A stretch of DNA of 64,000 nucleotides. Origin: Candidatus Binatia bacterium. GTDB taxonomy: Bacteria > Desulfobacterota > Binatia > HRBIN30. The stretch spans positions 1-64,000 of the forward strand of contig JBBRSP010000027.1 in NCBI GenBank assembly GCA_038245295.1, read 5' to 3'. Below the pieces are notes generated by a model. That model was given only the letters and a program-made list of their open reading frames with translations. It was not told the origin of the DNA and did not search any database. The position numbers and the translations under genes are program-made. Below, one piece after another: positions 38,539 to 48,042 of this stretch; the stretch's first letter is position 1, and every line of letters starts with the position of its first letter.

Positions 38539-39159
38539 TCAAACGCGACGCCGATTGTCGTCCGGATATGGGTACTCCATCTGGCGCGCCGTGGCGCGAC
38601 CGATGGCTTCGCCGAAGTAGTGGGTGACGACCTGCAGAGCCATGTCGATGCCGGCCGAGATTCCGGCCGAGGTAAAGACATTCCCGTCCCGCACGACATG
38701 CTGCTGGCGTTCCACATGGACCTGCGGGAACGCTTCGGTCATCCAGTCGAGCGAACGCCAGTGGGTTGTGGCGCGGCGCCCGTCCAGCAACCCGGTTTTG
38801 CCCAGCAGCATGGCGCCGGTGCACACCGACGTGAGCGTTTCGACGGCGGCACCACGGTCGCGGATCCATTCGAGCAGCCTCGGGTTCTTGATCTCGCGAC
38901 GAGTGCCCCAGCCACCCGGGATGACCAGCACGTCGAGCGGCGGCGCGCTCTCGATGCGGTGATGCGGCGCGACCGTCATGCCACCACTCGTGGCGATCGA
39001 TCGCCGCGACTCGGCAATCAGATGCACCTCGAAAGGCGACTGTTCTTCGCGGCGCTTGTCCTCGTCGAGCCGGGTCACCGAGAACACCTCGAACGGTCCG
39101 CAGAAGTCGAGAACCTCGACATCGTCAAAGATGAGAATCCCGACCTGTTTGCGCGACAT
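38539..39159 (-). CDS. DJ-1/PfpI family protein
   Basis: EVLDFCGPFEVF, IPGG, SVCTGA, ATTHW and TSAGISAGID. Confidence 0.93.
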   Translation of the reverse strand: MSRKQVGILIFDDVEVLDFCGPFEVFSVTRLDEDKRREEQSPFEVHLIAESRRSIATSGGMTVAPHHRIESAPPLDVLVIPGGWGTRREIKNPRLLEWIRDRGAAVETLTSVCTGAMLLGKTGLLDGRRATTHWRSLDWMTEAFPQVHVERQQHVVRDGNVFTSAGISAGIDMALQVVTHYFGEAIGRATARQMEYPYPDDNRRRV

Positions 39160-39262
39160 CGCATCACCTCCAGATGTTGCGGAGGGTACGGCGGGAGGCG
39201 GGTAGCCGCAATGACCTAGTCCGGGGGATTTCTGCCAAATGCTCGGCGGGGAGCCAAGCGGT

Positions 39263-42031
39263 TTAGCGAGACGGCGGTGCCGGGGCTGAGCACGAGGGCA
39301 CGCTCACCTGAAACGTCGTGCCGACGCCGACGACGCTGTCGACGCTGACTTCTCCGCCGATCAGCGTGAGCAAGCGTTGGACGATATACAGGCCGAGGCC
39401 GACGCCAGAGCGGCTCTCGGTGCTGTCGGAGGCCTGTCGAAAGGCGTCGAAGACGAAGGGCAAAGCATCGGTAGCGATTCCGCAACCCGTGTCGACGATC
39501 GTGATATGGACGCCGGTGACACTGGCGCGCGCCTGCACCGTGATGCTCCCCGCGCTGGTGAATTTGACAGCGTTACCGAGAATGTTCTTGAGGACGACGA
39601 GCAGTTTGGCTGGATCGGTGCGGATCACCGGCACGTCGTCGTCGATCTCCCAGCGAAAGGTCAACGGCGAGGCATCCTGCACGTCGCGCATATCGTCGGC
39701 GAGTTGACTCAAAAGGTGCTTGATGTCGACGTCGGCGAGATCGACACCGACGCGGCCACCCTCGAGGCGGCTCAGATCGAGGGTGGCGTTCACCAGATCG
39801 AGGAGCTCGGTGCCGCGGGCGAACACCCTTTCCATGACAGCATACTGCTCCGCAGTGGGTGGACCGAATTCGCCGTCGCGGAGTAACTCGGCGTAACCGA
39901 GGATGACGTTGAGGGGGGTCCGTAGCTCGTGCGACATAGTAGCGACAAACTCGGACTTCAGGTGATTGGCGCGATCGAGCTCCTCGCGCACACGGAATTG
40001 GTCGACAATCAGGGACGCAATCTGCCCGATCGCGCGTGCAAGTCGCTCCTCGTGCCGTGACGCCGCCGCGGTCGGCGCGTGGAAGAGGGCCGCGATGTAC
40101 CCATAGATCACTTCGCCGTGCTGCAGCGGAATACGCACGGCACGCGCATAATTGGTCAATGCTGAGCGGAACGGCTCAGGGGCCCGGCGCAGCGGCCAGA
40201 ACTCGCTGGAAACCCCGTGCGCTTCCATTTCGCGGATCAGGCGACCCAGTGCCGCGCGGCGCGGCCGCAGCGCTCGCAGCATCTCGTATTCCTCCTGGGT
40301 GTCACCGTACCCGGCGGCAACCACGAAGTTGTCCTCCGCCGCGTCTCTCAACCAGACGTGACTCACATCGCAGGGAAGGGTCTCGATGGTCAGACGGCAG
40401 AGCGCTTCCAAGGCCGACTTGAGGCTTGGCCGGCTGATCATCTCCTGGCTGATACGAGCAACGGCCGAAGCAATCTCGGCCTCGCGCTGCTGCGCGAGGT
40501 ATAGCTCGGTGGCTTCGATGCCGACGGCGGCCTGATTCCCGAGGCCGCGCAGCAGATCGATCTGGTTGGCGTCGAAGCCCCCGGCTTCTGGGCCGTGAAA
40601 GGCGATCAGTAACCCGTAGTGGCGTTCGCGAGCCCGCAGCGGTGCCGCGACGTATGCGGCGATGCCGTAGCGTTCACAAGCCGCCAAGGGGATGGCGGTC
40701 TGTGTATGGACGTCATTACAGATCAGGGGCGTGCCGGCGGCGACATGGCCGCCAAACGGTTCGCCGAGGCCGTAGGTCGTCGTCGCGATCTCCGCCGCGT
40801 GTTCCGGCGATAGACCGTGGTGCGCCTGAAGGCGATAGAGACCGGCCTGAAGATCGAGCAAATAGGCAAGGACTATCTTTGCCCCGACCGCCGCGGCCGT
40901 ACACGACAGAACCGTATTCAACAAGGAGTGGCGGTCGAGTTTGCCGCTGAGGCGTTCGGCGAGATCCAACAAGGTTCGCGTATAGCCCTCGGCGCGCTTA
41001 CGCTCGGTAATATCGCGCGACGTGATGATTCCGGTAAACGTCCCATTCGTGTCCACGGTACTCGAGCCGAAGGCCTCGAACCAGCGCCATGTCCCGTCAC
41101 GATGCTGAGCCCGAAATTCGAGGCTTGGTTTAGCGCCGGGCGTGCGGACAGCCCGCACGGCGGCGCTGCGGACATCCGCTACGTCGTCCGGATGAACGAG
41201 CTCGTAAAGGGTTCTGCCTTCCAACTCACTCGGCGTGTAGCCGATGGCTCGTTGGTGCGACGGCGTAGCGTAGCGGATGGTACCGTCGGCATTGAGGATG
41301 GCGATCAGATCCTGCGCGTTGGTGGTGAGCAGATGGAAATGCTCCGAGCGGACTTCATTGTCATGTTGCGCCGCGACCAACGCGGCGAAGGTGTCCTGCA
41401 GCTGCGTGTGCTGGGTGACGAGATCCTCGATGAGACCGAGATTACCGCGCAGCAAGCCCGTGAGTGCTCGGGCGCGTCTCCACCAAGGTCGCCTCCCACG
41501 TATCATGATCTCGACGGTTGCTGAGCGGTCGGTGACGTCGGAATTTACCAGTGGGCGAGCGGTATAGTCGAGGAAGGATGGGATCGACGCGAACATGCCG
41601 GCATGCAGATGGAAGAAGGGGGCGCACGCGGGATAGTCGGGGAACAGCTCCAGGTGGACGCGGTAGCGACGTTGCCCGAGTGACTCGAGGCTATGTTTCA
41701 CATTGAGAAAGTACGACGGGCCAGCCCATTTAGTCGCAAACCACAGAGCCTCATGGGCATTGCGAAGCAGTCCGCGAAAGCGCAGGAGCTCGGCGAACGA
41801 TGGAGTCGACATCACACGCGAGCCGATCTGGTCCATTGCCTGCGGTCCGCCGAGGATGTCGGCGAGTCGGTTCAACAGGTTTGCGTACTCGTGCCAAGCG
41901 AAGCGTTTGCCGGGAGCGGCGAAAGCGTCGCGCTGGAGGCCTGAACCACCAAGCAACGCCGACTGGCTGACGCCGGCCAGATGGGCCGCGTCGATCAATT
42001 CGAGGAAGGCGCGGGCGGATACTTCGTTCAT
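39263..42031 (-). CDS. Cytoplasmic sensor histidine kinase (N-terminal input domain, PAS, 2 GAF, HisKA, HATPase)
   Basis: MSHELRTPLN, NAVKFT, DTGCGI and GLGLYIV. PAS marked by VHPDD..DGTWRW..DITERK. No TM segment and no receiver domain. Confidence 0.93.
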   Translation of the reverse strand: MNEVSARAFLELIDAAHLAGVSQSALLGGSGLQRDAFAAPGKRFAWHEYANLLNRLADILGGPQAMDQIGSRVMSTPSFAELLRFRGLLRNAHEALWFATKWAGPSYFLNVKHSLESLGQRRYRVHLELFPDYPACAPFFHLHAGMFASIPSFLDYTARPLVNSDVTDRSATVEIMIRGRRPWWRRARALTGLLRGNLGLIEDLVTQHTQLQDTFAALVAAQHDNEVRSEHFHLLTTNAQDLIAILNADGTIRYATPSHQRAIGYTPSELEGRTLYELVHPDDVADVRSAAVRAVRTPGAKPSLEFRAQHRDGTWRWFEAFGSSTVDTNGTFTGIITSRDITERKRAEGYTRTLLDLAERLSGKLDRHSLLNTVLSCTAAAVGAKIVLAYLLDLQAGLYRLQAHHGLSPEHAAEIATTTYGLGEPFGGHVAAGTPLICNDVHTQTAIPLAACERYGIAAYVAAPLRARERHYGLLIAFHGPEAGGFDANQIDLLRGLGNQAAVGIEATELYLAQQREAEIASAVARISQEMISRPSLKSALEALCRLTIETLPCDVSHVWLRDAAEDNFVVAAGYGDTQEEYEMLRALRPRRAALGRLIREMEAHGVSSEFWPLRRAPEPFRSALTNYARAVRIPLQHGEVIYGYIAALFHAPTAAASRHEERLARAIGQIASLIVDQFRVREELDRANHLKSEFVATMSHELRTPLNVILGYAELLRDGEFGPPTAEQYAVMERVFARGTELLDLVNATLDLSRLEGGRVGVDLADVDIKHLLSQLADDMRDVQDASPLTFRWEIDDDVPVIRTDPAKLLVVLKNILGNAVKFTSAGSITVQARASVTGVHITIVDTGCGIATDALPFVFDAFRQASDSTESRSGVGLGLYIVQRLLTLIGGEVSVDSVVGVGTTFQVSVPSCSAPAPPSR

Positions 42032-42050
42032 AGCCGGCTCACGTTGGCGA

Positions 42051-42075
42051 CAGTGCCACACTCGGTGTGGCACTG
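42051..42075. promoter_or_regulatory. Perfect 11-bp inverted repeat between divergent genes (operator-like)
   Basis: CAGTGCCACAC-TCG-GTGTGGCACTG. Confidence 0.55.
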
Positions 42076-42153
42076 CCAATCGTCGGATTCGGAGACAAAT
42101 GCCGATGACGAGCGTTTGACGATTCGATGTCGGACGCATTAAGAGTATGCGCA

Positions 42154-44046
42154 ATGACTGAGATTGGGGTGCGGCGGCGCCTGACGGTGTGGGGCGATGT
42201 CTGGCGTTGGATGGCGGCTCAGTGCGGCGCGTTTCTCATGATCAGCCTCTACGTAAAGATGGTTCAGATCGGGCTGACCCCGGAATATCAAGATTTATCG
42301 ATCGGCTTGGCGCGCACGGTATTCGACACGATGCGCTTCTGTGTCAGCGAGGTCGCCGTCGGCTTGGCCCTGCTCTCGGCTTGCGTGCTCGGAGCGCGGG
42401 CCTATCCCACCCCCAGCGCCGCGCTGAGCCTACCATTGCGCCTGTTTGGTCTCATCGTGCTGCCGATTCTATCGCTTACCGAAGTGATGGGCCTGGCTCA
42501 TTACGCCTACTTCCTGACCCCGATCGGTCCGGAGGAAGTGAAGACCGTTGTTTTCGCTCCCATGTTGATCAGCTCGTCCAACGTCCTGCATTCTCCGGCC
42601 ATCGCCGGTGGCCTCATCCTCGGCCTGATCGCCTACCTGGCGGCGCCCTGGGTTCTGCGCCGACAGGACCCATCGTGGTTGTCCCTGGACGGTCAACGGT
42701 TGCCTGCCGCAACGGCAGTGGCCTTCCTGCTTCTGTTCACGCCGGCGCCTCCGGTCAGTGACGCGATCCTGGCTCCTCACCCGGCGATCTGGCTGTTCGC
42801 CGGGCAACGCCCCAAGCCGGCGTGGGCGACGGTCGGTGATCAACGCCTGACGCCTGATGCGGTCGCGTTCTTACCGCGGCGCTCTGCCGCGGCGCACCTC
42901 CGCGTCAGCGAGCGGCCGAGCAATGTTTTGATCCTCTTGCTGGAGTCGACGCGCTTCGACAGCCTCGCGCTATTCGACGCCAAGGCAACAACTGGGCGTT
43001 CGCTCCTGCCGTTCCGAGACCAGGCCGTTCTCTTCGAGCAAGTGTACGCGCCGGTGCCAACCTCGGCGCACGCGATGTTTTCGCTCCTCTATGGCATGTA
43101 TCCCTACGTGGGGGCTTTCTGGGCCAACTCGGGGAAAGCCGTTGCTGCCGATTCGATGGCCAGCCTGTTTCAGCGCGCCGGCTACAACACGCAGCTCTAT
43201 ATGACCTCGGACCTTAGCTACGACAACGTTCGCAGCTACGCGGCGACCGGTTTCGAACGGGTGCTCGACGTCAATGCTTGGCCCGGACAAGAGCAGTATG
43301 AAATGCTGCCCTGGGGGCGCGATGACAAGCTTCTGTTCGAACAGGTGAAACATTTTCTATCGACGCGCGACACGCGACCGTTCTTTGTGGTCGCCGGCAC
43401 CAGCAACCCGCACCATCCCTACGCGGCGCGCCAGCTGCTCGGTCCCGAGTTTTCGCAAGAGGATCGCCCGGCCTACGACCGGCTGATCGATTACAATGCC
43501 GACCTGGTCGCCGATCTCTACACGTGGATGCTGGGACAGGGCATCGCCGACGACACGGCTGTGCTCGTCATGGGTGATCATGGGGAAGCGTTCGGCGACC
43601 ACCGGGGTAACTATGGGCACGCTGCGTTCATCTACGAGGAGAACGTGCACGTGCCGTGTTTCCTATTACACCCACGCCGCCTCGGCCTGCCGCCGCAGGT
43701 CACGCAGTTGGGGTCGCAAATGGACATCCGCGCTACGCTCGTGGATCTGTTGGGGCTGGTCGACGACAATCCGGGCGAGGGAGTGTCGCTGCTACAGTCC
43801 GACCCCGATCGTGCGGTGATCAGCTTTACCGAGAACGGCGTCACCCATTATGCCGTACGCGACGCACAGTTCAGCTACATCTACAGCCCACACGGGGACA
43901 ACGACCGCCTCTACGATCGGCGTGCCGACCTCCGCGAACAGACCAACCTTGGGGCCGAACAGCCGTCGGTGACGGCGCACTATCGCACTCTGCTTGGTCG
44001 CTGGGAGGGACGCCATGAGCAACTCCTGGCGCGTGTCCTCCAATAG
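42154..44046 (+). CDS. Membrane-anchored sulfatase-fold / LTA-synthase-like protein
   Basis: About 5 N-terminal TM segments, NVLILLLEST, PTS, PHHPY, GDHGE and YEENVHVP. Confidence 0.88.
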   Translation: MTEIGVRRRLTVWGDVWRWMAAQCGAFLMISLYVKMVQIGLTPEYQDLSIGLARTVFDTMRFCVSEVAVGLALLSACVLGARAYPTPSAALSLPLRLFGLIVLPILSLTEVMGLAHYAYFLTPIGPEEVKTVVFAPMLISSSNVLHSPAIAGGLILGLIAYLAAPWVLRRQDPSWLSLDGQRLPAATAVAFLLLFTPAPPVSDAILAPHPAIWLFAGQRPKPAWATVGDQRLTPDAVAFLPRRSAAAHLRVSERPSNVLILLLESTRFDSLALFDAKATTGRSLLPFRDQAVLFEQVYAPVPTSAHAMFSLLYGMYPYVGAFWANSGKAVAADSMASLFQRAGYNTQLYMTSDLSYDNVRSYAATGFERVLDVNAWPGQEQYEMLPWGRDDKLLFEQVKHFLSTRDTRPFFVVAGTSNPHHPYAARQLLGPEFSQEDRPAYDRLIDYNADLVADLYTWMLGQGIADDTAVLVMGDHGEAFGDHRGNYGHAAFIYEENVHVPCFLLHPRRLGLPPQVTQLGSQMDIRATLVDLLGLVDDNPGEGVSLLQSDPDRAVISFTENGVTHYAVRDAQFSYIYSPHGDNDRLYDRRADLREQTNLGAEQPSVTAHYRTLLGRWEGRHEQLLARVLQ

Positions 44047-44050
44047 GTCG

Positions 44051-44461
44051 CTACGATCGGCGCGCCAGATCTTCGATTGCGGCGCGTAGCGCCGGGTCTA
44101 CCGCCATCACAGACAAACGCGGCAGACGTACCAGATCCCAACCGCCGAAGAGCGGGTCGGCTTTGACTTCAGCTAACGTCACGGGGCGCGCCAGGCGCTC
44201 CTTGGCGGCGAGATCGATGACCAGGAGCTTCGGGTCGCCGGCTTTGGGATCGGCGAATGCCGCACCGAGGGCGGTGGCAACGCCGATCACCGCCTTCTGG
44301 TCACCGGTGTGGTAGATTAGCAGTTCATCGCCTTTGGCGATCTTGGCGAGATTGCGCAGCGCCTGGAAGTTCTTCACGCCGTCCCAGGTAGTGTGTTTGT
44401 CGCGCTCGAGGTCGTCGAACGAATAGCTCGACGGCTCTGTCTTCAGTAACCACGTGGCCAT
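44051..44461 (-). CDS. EVE domain protein
   Basis: WLLKTEP, WDGVKNFQA, IYHTG and RLSVM. GGAGGT RBS. Confidence 0.93.
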   Translation of the reverse strand: MATWLLKTEPSSYSFDDLERDKHTTWDGVKNFQALRNLAKIAKGDELLIYHTGDQKAVIGVATALGAAFADPKAGDPKLLVIDLAAKERLARPVTLAEVKADPLFGGWDLVRLPRLSVMAVDPALRAAIEDLARRS

Positions 44462-44483
44462 GTTCACCTCCGTCGTCGAGTGG

Positions 44484-45419
44484 TCAGGCGTGCTGCGCCT
44501 GCGACGCTCGTCCGAGATAGGATTGCAGTGCCTCGGCCACCGTGTCGGCATCGCCGGGCAATACGATGTTGAAGTTGGCGCCGGGAGCACCTCCGGTGAC
44601 GAGCCGTTCGATTTTCCGAACTAGATCGTCGAAGCCGATTTGCGCGGCGCCGGCCCGGTCACTGCTCGCGAGCCGCGCCGCGAGCTCCGTCGGAACCGTG
44701 ATCTTGAGCTCGCGCTGCAGGAACTCGCAGCGTCGCGCACTGTTGAGCGGTAACAAGGAGGGTAGAATGGGTTGGCTGATGCCGGCGGCGACGGCGCGGT
44801 CGCGGTAGCGAAAGAACGTGTCCGTGTCGGTAACGATGTTGGCGATCAAGCCATTGGCACCCGCGTCGACCTTTCGTCTCAAGAAGGCAAAGTGCTTGTC
44901 CCAGGCGCGCTCGGGGAACTCCGGATGGGCGGCGATGAAGATATCGAGGTTGCTGATCGGGTCACAGGGCGAGCCATCGATGAGCGTTCCACCGCGACAT
45001 CCGGCGACCATTTGCACCAGCTCGGTGGTGTTGAAGCGGTAGGAATCCCACAGCTTCGAGTGGCCGGGCGACGGGTCGCCGCGTACGATCAACACGTCGC
45101 GCACACCTTTTAACGCCATCTCGTGCAGGTGGTAATAAACGCTGCGCGCCGAGCCTTCATCACGCGCCGTCAGATGGATGATCAGCGGCACGTGTCCCAT
45201 GGCACGCTGGACGTCTTCGACGATGGCCCACGGGCTGAACTTGTAACTGCCGCCGGTCGAGTTGGTCACGGCGATCGCATCGAGGCCAAGCACGCGCAGT
45301 CGCCGAGCCACGCCCACCAGGCGATCGATCTCCAGGTAGAACCGCGGCGGGCTGATCTCGGCGGTGAACAGGGGCAGGCCGCGGCGCTGTTTTGCGTCGA
45401 GGATGTTCAACAGAGCCAT
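44484..45419 (-). CDS. Methylenetetrahydrofolate reductase-like flavoprotein (divergent MetF)
   Basis: EISPP, HLTARD, RGDP, AAHPE and KVDAGA. The usual ITQ motif reads IAN. Confidence 0.82.
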   Translation of the reverse strand: MALLNILDAKQRRGLPLFTAEISPPRFYLEIDRLVGVARRLRVLGLDAIAVTNSTGGSYKFSPWAIVEDVQRAMGHVPLIIHLTARDEGSARSVYYHLHEMALKGVRDVLIVRGDPSPGHSKLWDSYRFNTTELVQMVAGCRGGTLIDGSPCDPISNLDIFIAAHPEFPERAWDKHFAFLRRKVDAGANGLIANIVTDTDTFFRYRDRAVAAGISQPILPSLLPLNSARRCEFLQRELKITVPTELAARLASSDRAGAAQIGFDDLVRKIERLVTGGAPGANFNIVLPGDADTVAEALQSYLGRASQAQHA

Positions 45420-45422
45420 GGC

Positions 45423-46127
45423 TCAGGGCCTTCCGTACGTGTCGTAGAGATAGGCGACGATGTCGTCCGATTCATACATCGCCGTGTCGCTGTTCGGGTC
45501 GATCATGTATGGCACCATGATCTTTCCCCCGAGCTTCTCAAGCTTAGCGCGTTTCGGGCTGCCCTTGGGGACGTTGCGGACGACGCTGACGAGATCGAGC
45601 TCGCATAACGCCTCTCGCACTTTGCGACAAAACGGCGAGCCCTCGAAGTTGTAGACTTCGATCGGCTTGAGTTTCTTGGTGCGTTGGACGGTCGTCACGC
45701 GACCATGTCCGGCACGTACCGCGGAGGCGGCCGCCGCGCCGGCGACATCGAGGAACGACGGCACGGGGAAACGCCAGCCGGCCTGGTGACCGCCGCCATA
45801 CTGTTTGTTGAGGTAGGCGATGATGTCGTCCGATTCGTAGAGCGACGTGCCCGTGTTCGCATCGACCAGGAAGGGCGCCTGGATCTTGCCGCCCAACTTG
45901 CGCAGCTCCTCGCGCCGGGCGCTGCCGCGCGCCACGGGGTTACAGACGTAGTCCAGATCCAGCTCGGAAAGGACTTCGCGCACCCGCCGGCAGAACGGGC
46001 AGGCTTCGAAATCGTAGAGCTCGAGAAGTTTCTTCGGATCCGGACGGTCCTTGGCTGTGACGACGGGGTAGATGCCGCGCCCGAGGCGGGCGACCGAAGC
46101 GGCGAGGGAAGTGATGTTATCCAACAT
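45423..46127 (-). CDS. Tandem glutaredoxin/GST-N-terminal domain protein
   Basis: Two similar halves: ACPFCRRVRE..LYESDDIIAYL and GSPFCRKVRE..MYESDDIVAYL. Start is 46127 or 46136. Confidence 0.88.
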   Translation of the reverse strand: MLDNITSLAASVARLGRGIYPVVTAKDRPDPKKLLELYDFEACPFCRRVREVLSELDLDYVCNPVARGSARREELRKLGGKIQAPFLVDANTGTSLYESDDIIAYLNKQYGGGHQAGWRFPVPSFLDVAGAAAASAVRAGHGRVTTVQRTKKLKPIEVYNFEGSPFCRKVREALCELDLVSVVRNVPKGSPKRAKLEKLGGKIMVPYMIDPNSDTAMYESDDIVAYLYDTYGRP

Positions 46128-46237
46128 TCCAGGCATGAGCGGACCATACAGCCCTCCCGCCTCATCGGGCAAGGTATGCGGTTGACTCGGCGGCGCTGAG
46201 TCGGCAGGTACCGTCGGCTACGAAAGCTGAGTCGCCA

Positions 46238-47275
46238 ATGGTGGATATCTTTGTCACGGGGCGCGTTTGTCTCTTTGGGGAACACTCCGATTGGGCCGGT
46301 GAGCTGCGTCGGCACGACCCGTCGTTGTCCCCGGGTGCCTGCCTTGTTGTCGGAACCGACCAGGGGTTACGGGCTCGCGCCCAGGCCAGCGCACACTTCG
46401 AGATCCGTTCGCGGATGCCGGACGGAACGGAGCACGGCCCGTTCGTGTGCGCCATGGACGGCGCCAGTCTGCGCTCCGCCGCCGAAGCTGCCGAGTTCTT
46501 CAGCTACGCCGCAGGCGTAGCCGAGGTGGTGCGGCAGCGCTTCGCCGTGGGCGGGATCTTGATCGACGTGAGCGACCGCGATCTACCGGTGCAGCGCGGT
46601 CTATCGTCATCGGCGGCCATCTGTGTTCTGGTGGCACGAGCCTTCAGCGGCGTTTACCAGTTGGGCTTGTCGCTGCGTCAGGAGATGGAGTTCGCTTATC
46701 AGGGCGAGCTGCTCACCGGGTCGCAGTGTGGTCGCATGGATCAGGCGTGCGCTTTCGGTGCCACAGCGGTGCTGTTGCGCTTTGACGGTGATCACCTCGA
46801 CGTCGAGCCGTTGACCATTGGTGGTGCATTCCACCTGCTGGTTGTCGATCTGTGCGCCTACAAGGACACGCGGCGTATCCTTGCGGACTTACACGCGGCC
46901 GTCGAAGGCGGCGATGGGGCAATCCGCCACGCCCTCGGCCGCGGCAATCTGACGCTTGTCGAGGCCGCTCGACAAGCCTTGAGGCGCGGCGATGCGCCGC
47001 GCCTCGGCGCGCTGATGTCGCAAGCGCAACAGATGTTCGACGAGTGCGTGGCTCCTGCCTGTCCGAGCCAGCTGGCGGCGCCGCGATTACATGCGGTGCT
47101 CGCCAATCCGTCGGTGGCGCGCCTGGCGTATGGGGGTAAAGGCGTCGGCTCGCAGGGCGACGGGACCGCGCAGATCGTTTGCCGCGACAGCGCCGGGCGC
47201 GCGGAATTGACGGCCGTCCTCGAAGCCGTCTGCGGCGTCCGGTGTTTGCCCCTGACGCTGTTGCCGACGCCGTAA
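46238..47275 (+). CDS. GHMP-family sugar kinase
   Basis: GRVCLFGEHSD, PVQRGLSSSAA, GRMDQ and GGKGVGSQG. Confidence 0.9.
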   Translation: MVDIFVTGRVCLFGEHSDWAGELRRHDPSLSPGACLVVGTDQGLRARAQASAHFEIRSRMPDGTEHGPFVCAMDGASLRSAAEAAEFFSYAAGVAEVVRQRFAVGGILIDVSDRDLPVQRGLSSSAAICVLVARAFSGVYQLGLSLRQEMEFAYQGELLTGSQCGRMDQACAFGATAVLLRFDGDHLDVEPLTIGGAFHLLVVDLCAYKDTRRILADLHAAVEGGDGAIRHALGRGNLTLVEAARQALRRGDAPRLGALMSQAQQMFDECVAPACPSQLAAPRLHAVLANPSVARLAYGGKGVGSQGDGTAQIVCRDSAGRAELTAVLEAVCGVRCLPLTLLPTP

Positions 47276-47332
47276 AACCGGCCGCTCGGACCCGGTTGCA
47301 ATCGCCGCGGCCGTCAGCCTACAGACCGCCGC

Positions 47333-47797
47333 ATGGCACTTCTACGACTCACCCACATCGGTATTTGTGTCTCTGAACCCGAACGCTCGCTCGCCTTCTA
47401 TCGCGACCTGCTCGGATTCACCCTGCTGTCGGAGCTGACGATCGCCGGCGAACCGAGCAACACACTTCTGATGCTTGACGACGTCGAGTTGCGGGCGATC
47501 TACCTGGAGCGCGATGGCACGCGTATCGAGTTGCTGCATTACGTTAAGCCGGGCCACACGGGGGATGCGACACCGCGGCCGATGAATCGTCTTGGCCTGA
47601 CACATCTGTCGTTCCGGCTTGACGATTTTGACGCAACACTGAAGCGGTTGGCGGCCGGCGGGGTGCGAGTAATCGAGAAGAGCCGTATCGACATTCCCGC
47701 CTTCGAGGCCCATGCGGTGTTCGTTGCGGATCCAGACGGTACTCTGATCGAGCTGGTTCAGGCGCCGGGAGATCCCGCGGTGCCTCCGGGGGCCTGA
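47333..47797 (+). CDS. VOC/glyoxalase family protein
   Basis: THIGICVS, FYRDLLGF, THLSF and DPDGTLIEL. Confidence 0.92.
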   Translation: MALLRLTHIGICVSEPERSLAFYRDLLGFTLLSELTIAGEPSNTLLMLDDVELRAIYLERDGTRIELLHYVKPGHTGDATPRPMNRLGLTHLSFRLDDFDATLKRLAAGGVRVIEKSRIDIPAFEAHAVFVADPDGTLIELVQAPGDPAVPPGA

Positions 47798-47867
47798 GGA
47801 TTACCATTCCTTTTCACGGACTCGCTGAGTCGGGCCCGGTGGCGCACTCACGCCCACACGCACGACG

Positions 47868-47891
47868 ACAAACACAACATCTTGTGTTTGT
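47868..47891. promoter_or_regulatory. NrdR-box-like palindrome upstream of guaB
   Basis: ACAAACACAA-CATC-TTGTGTTTGT. Its core ACACAACATCTTGTGT (47872-47887) fits the NrdR consensus acaCwAtATaTwGtgt. Confidence 0.7.
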
Positions 47892-47946
47892 GCGGCAGGT
47901 GTCTTGCCATTAGTAGTTTGGCTTTGATAAGGGAATGCATGGTTCT

Positions 47947-47962
47947 CACCGACATCTTGAGC
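47947..47962. promoter_or_regulatory. Second NrdR-box-like site
   Basis: CACCGACATCTTGAGC shares the C-N-ACATCTTG core with the first site. Confidence 0.5.
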
Positions 47963-48042
47963 GTGAAGTTTTGCCGACCCAGGCGTCGCCGGGCGGAGGG
48001 TATGGCCGAGCTGTATCGACCTGGCCAAAAAGGGGGGCGGTG

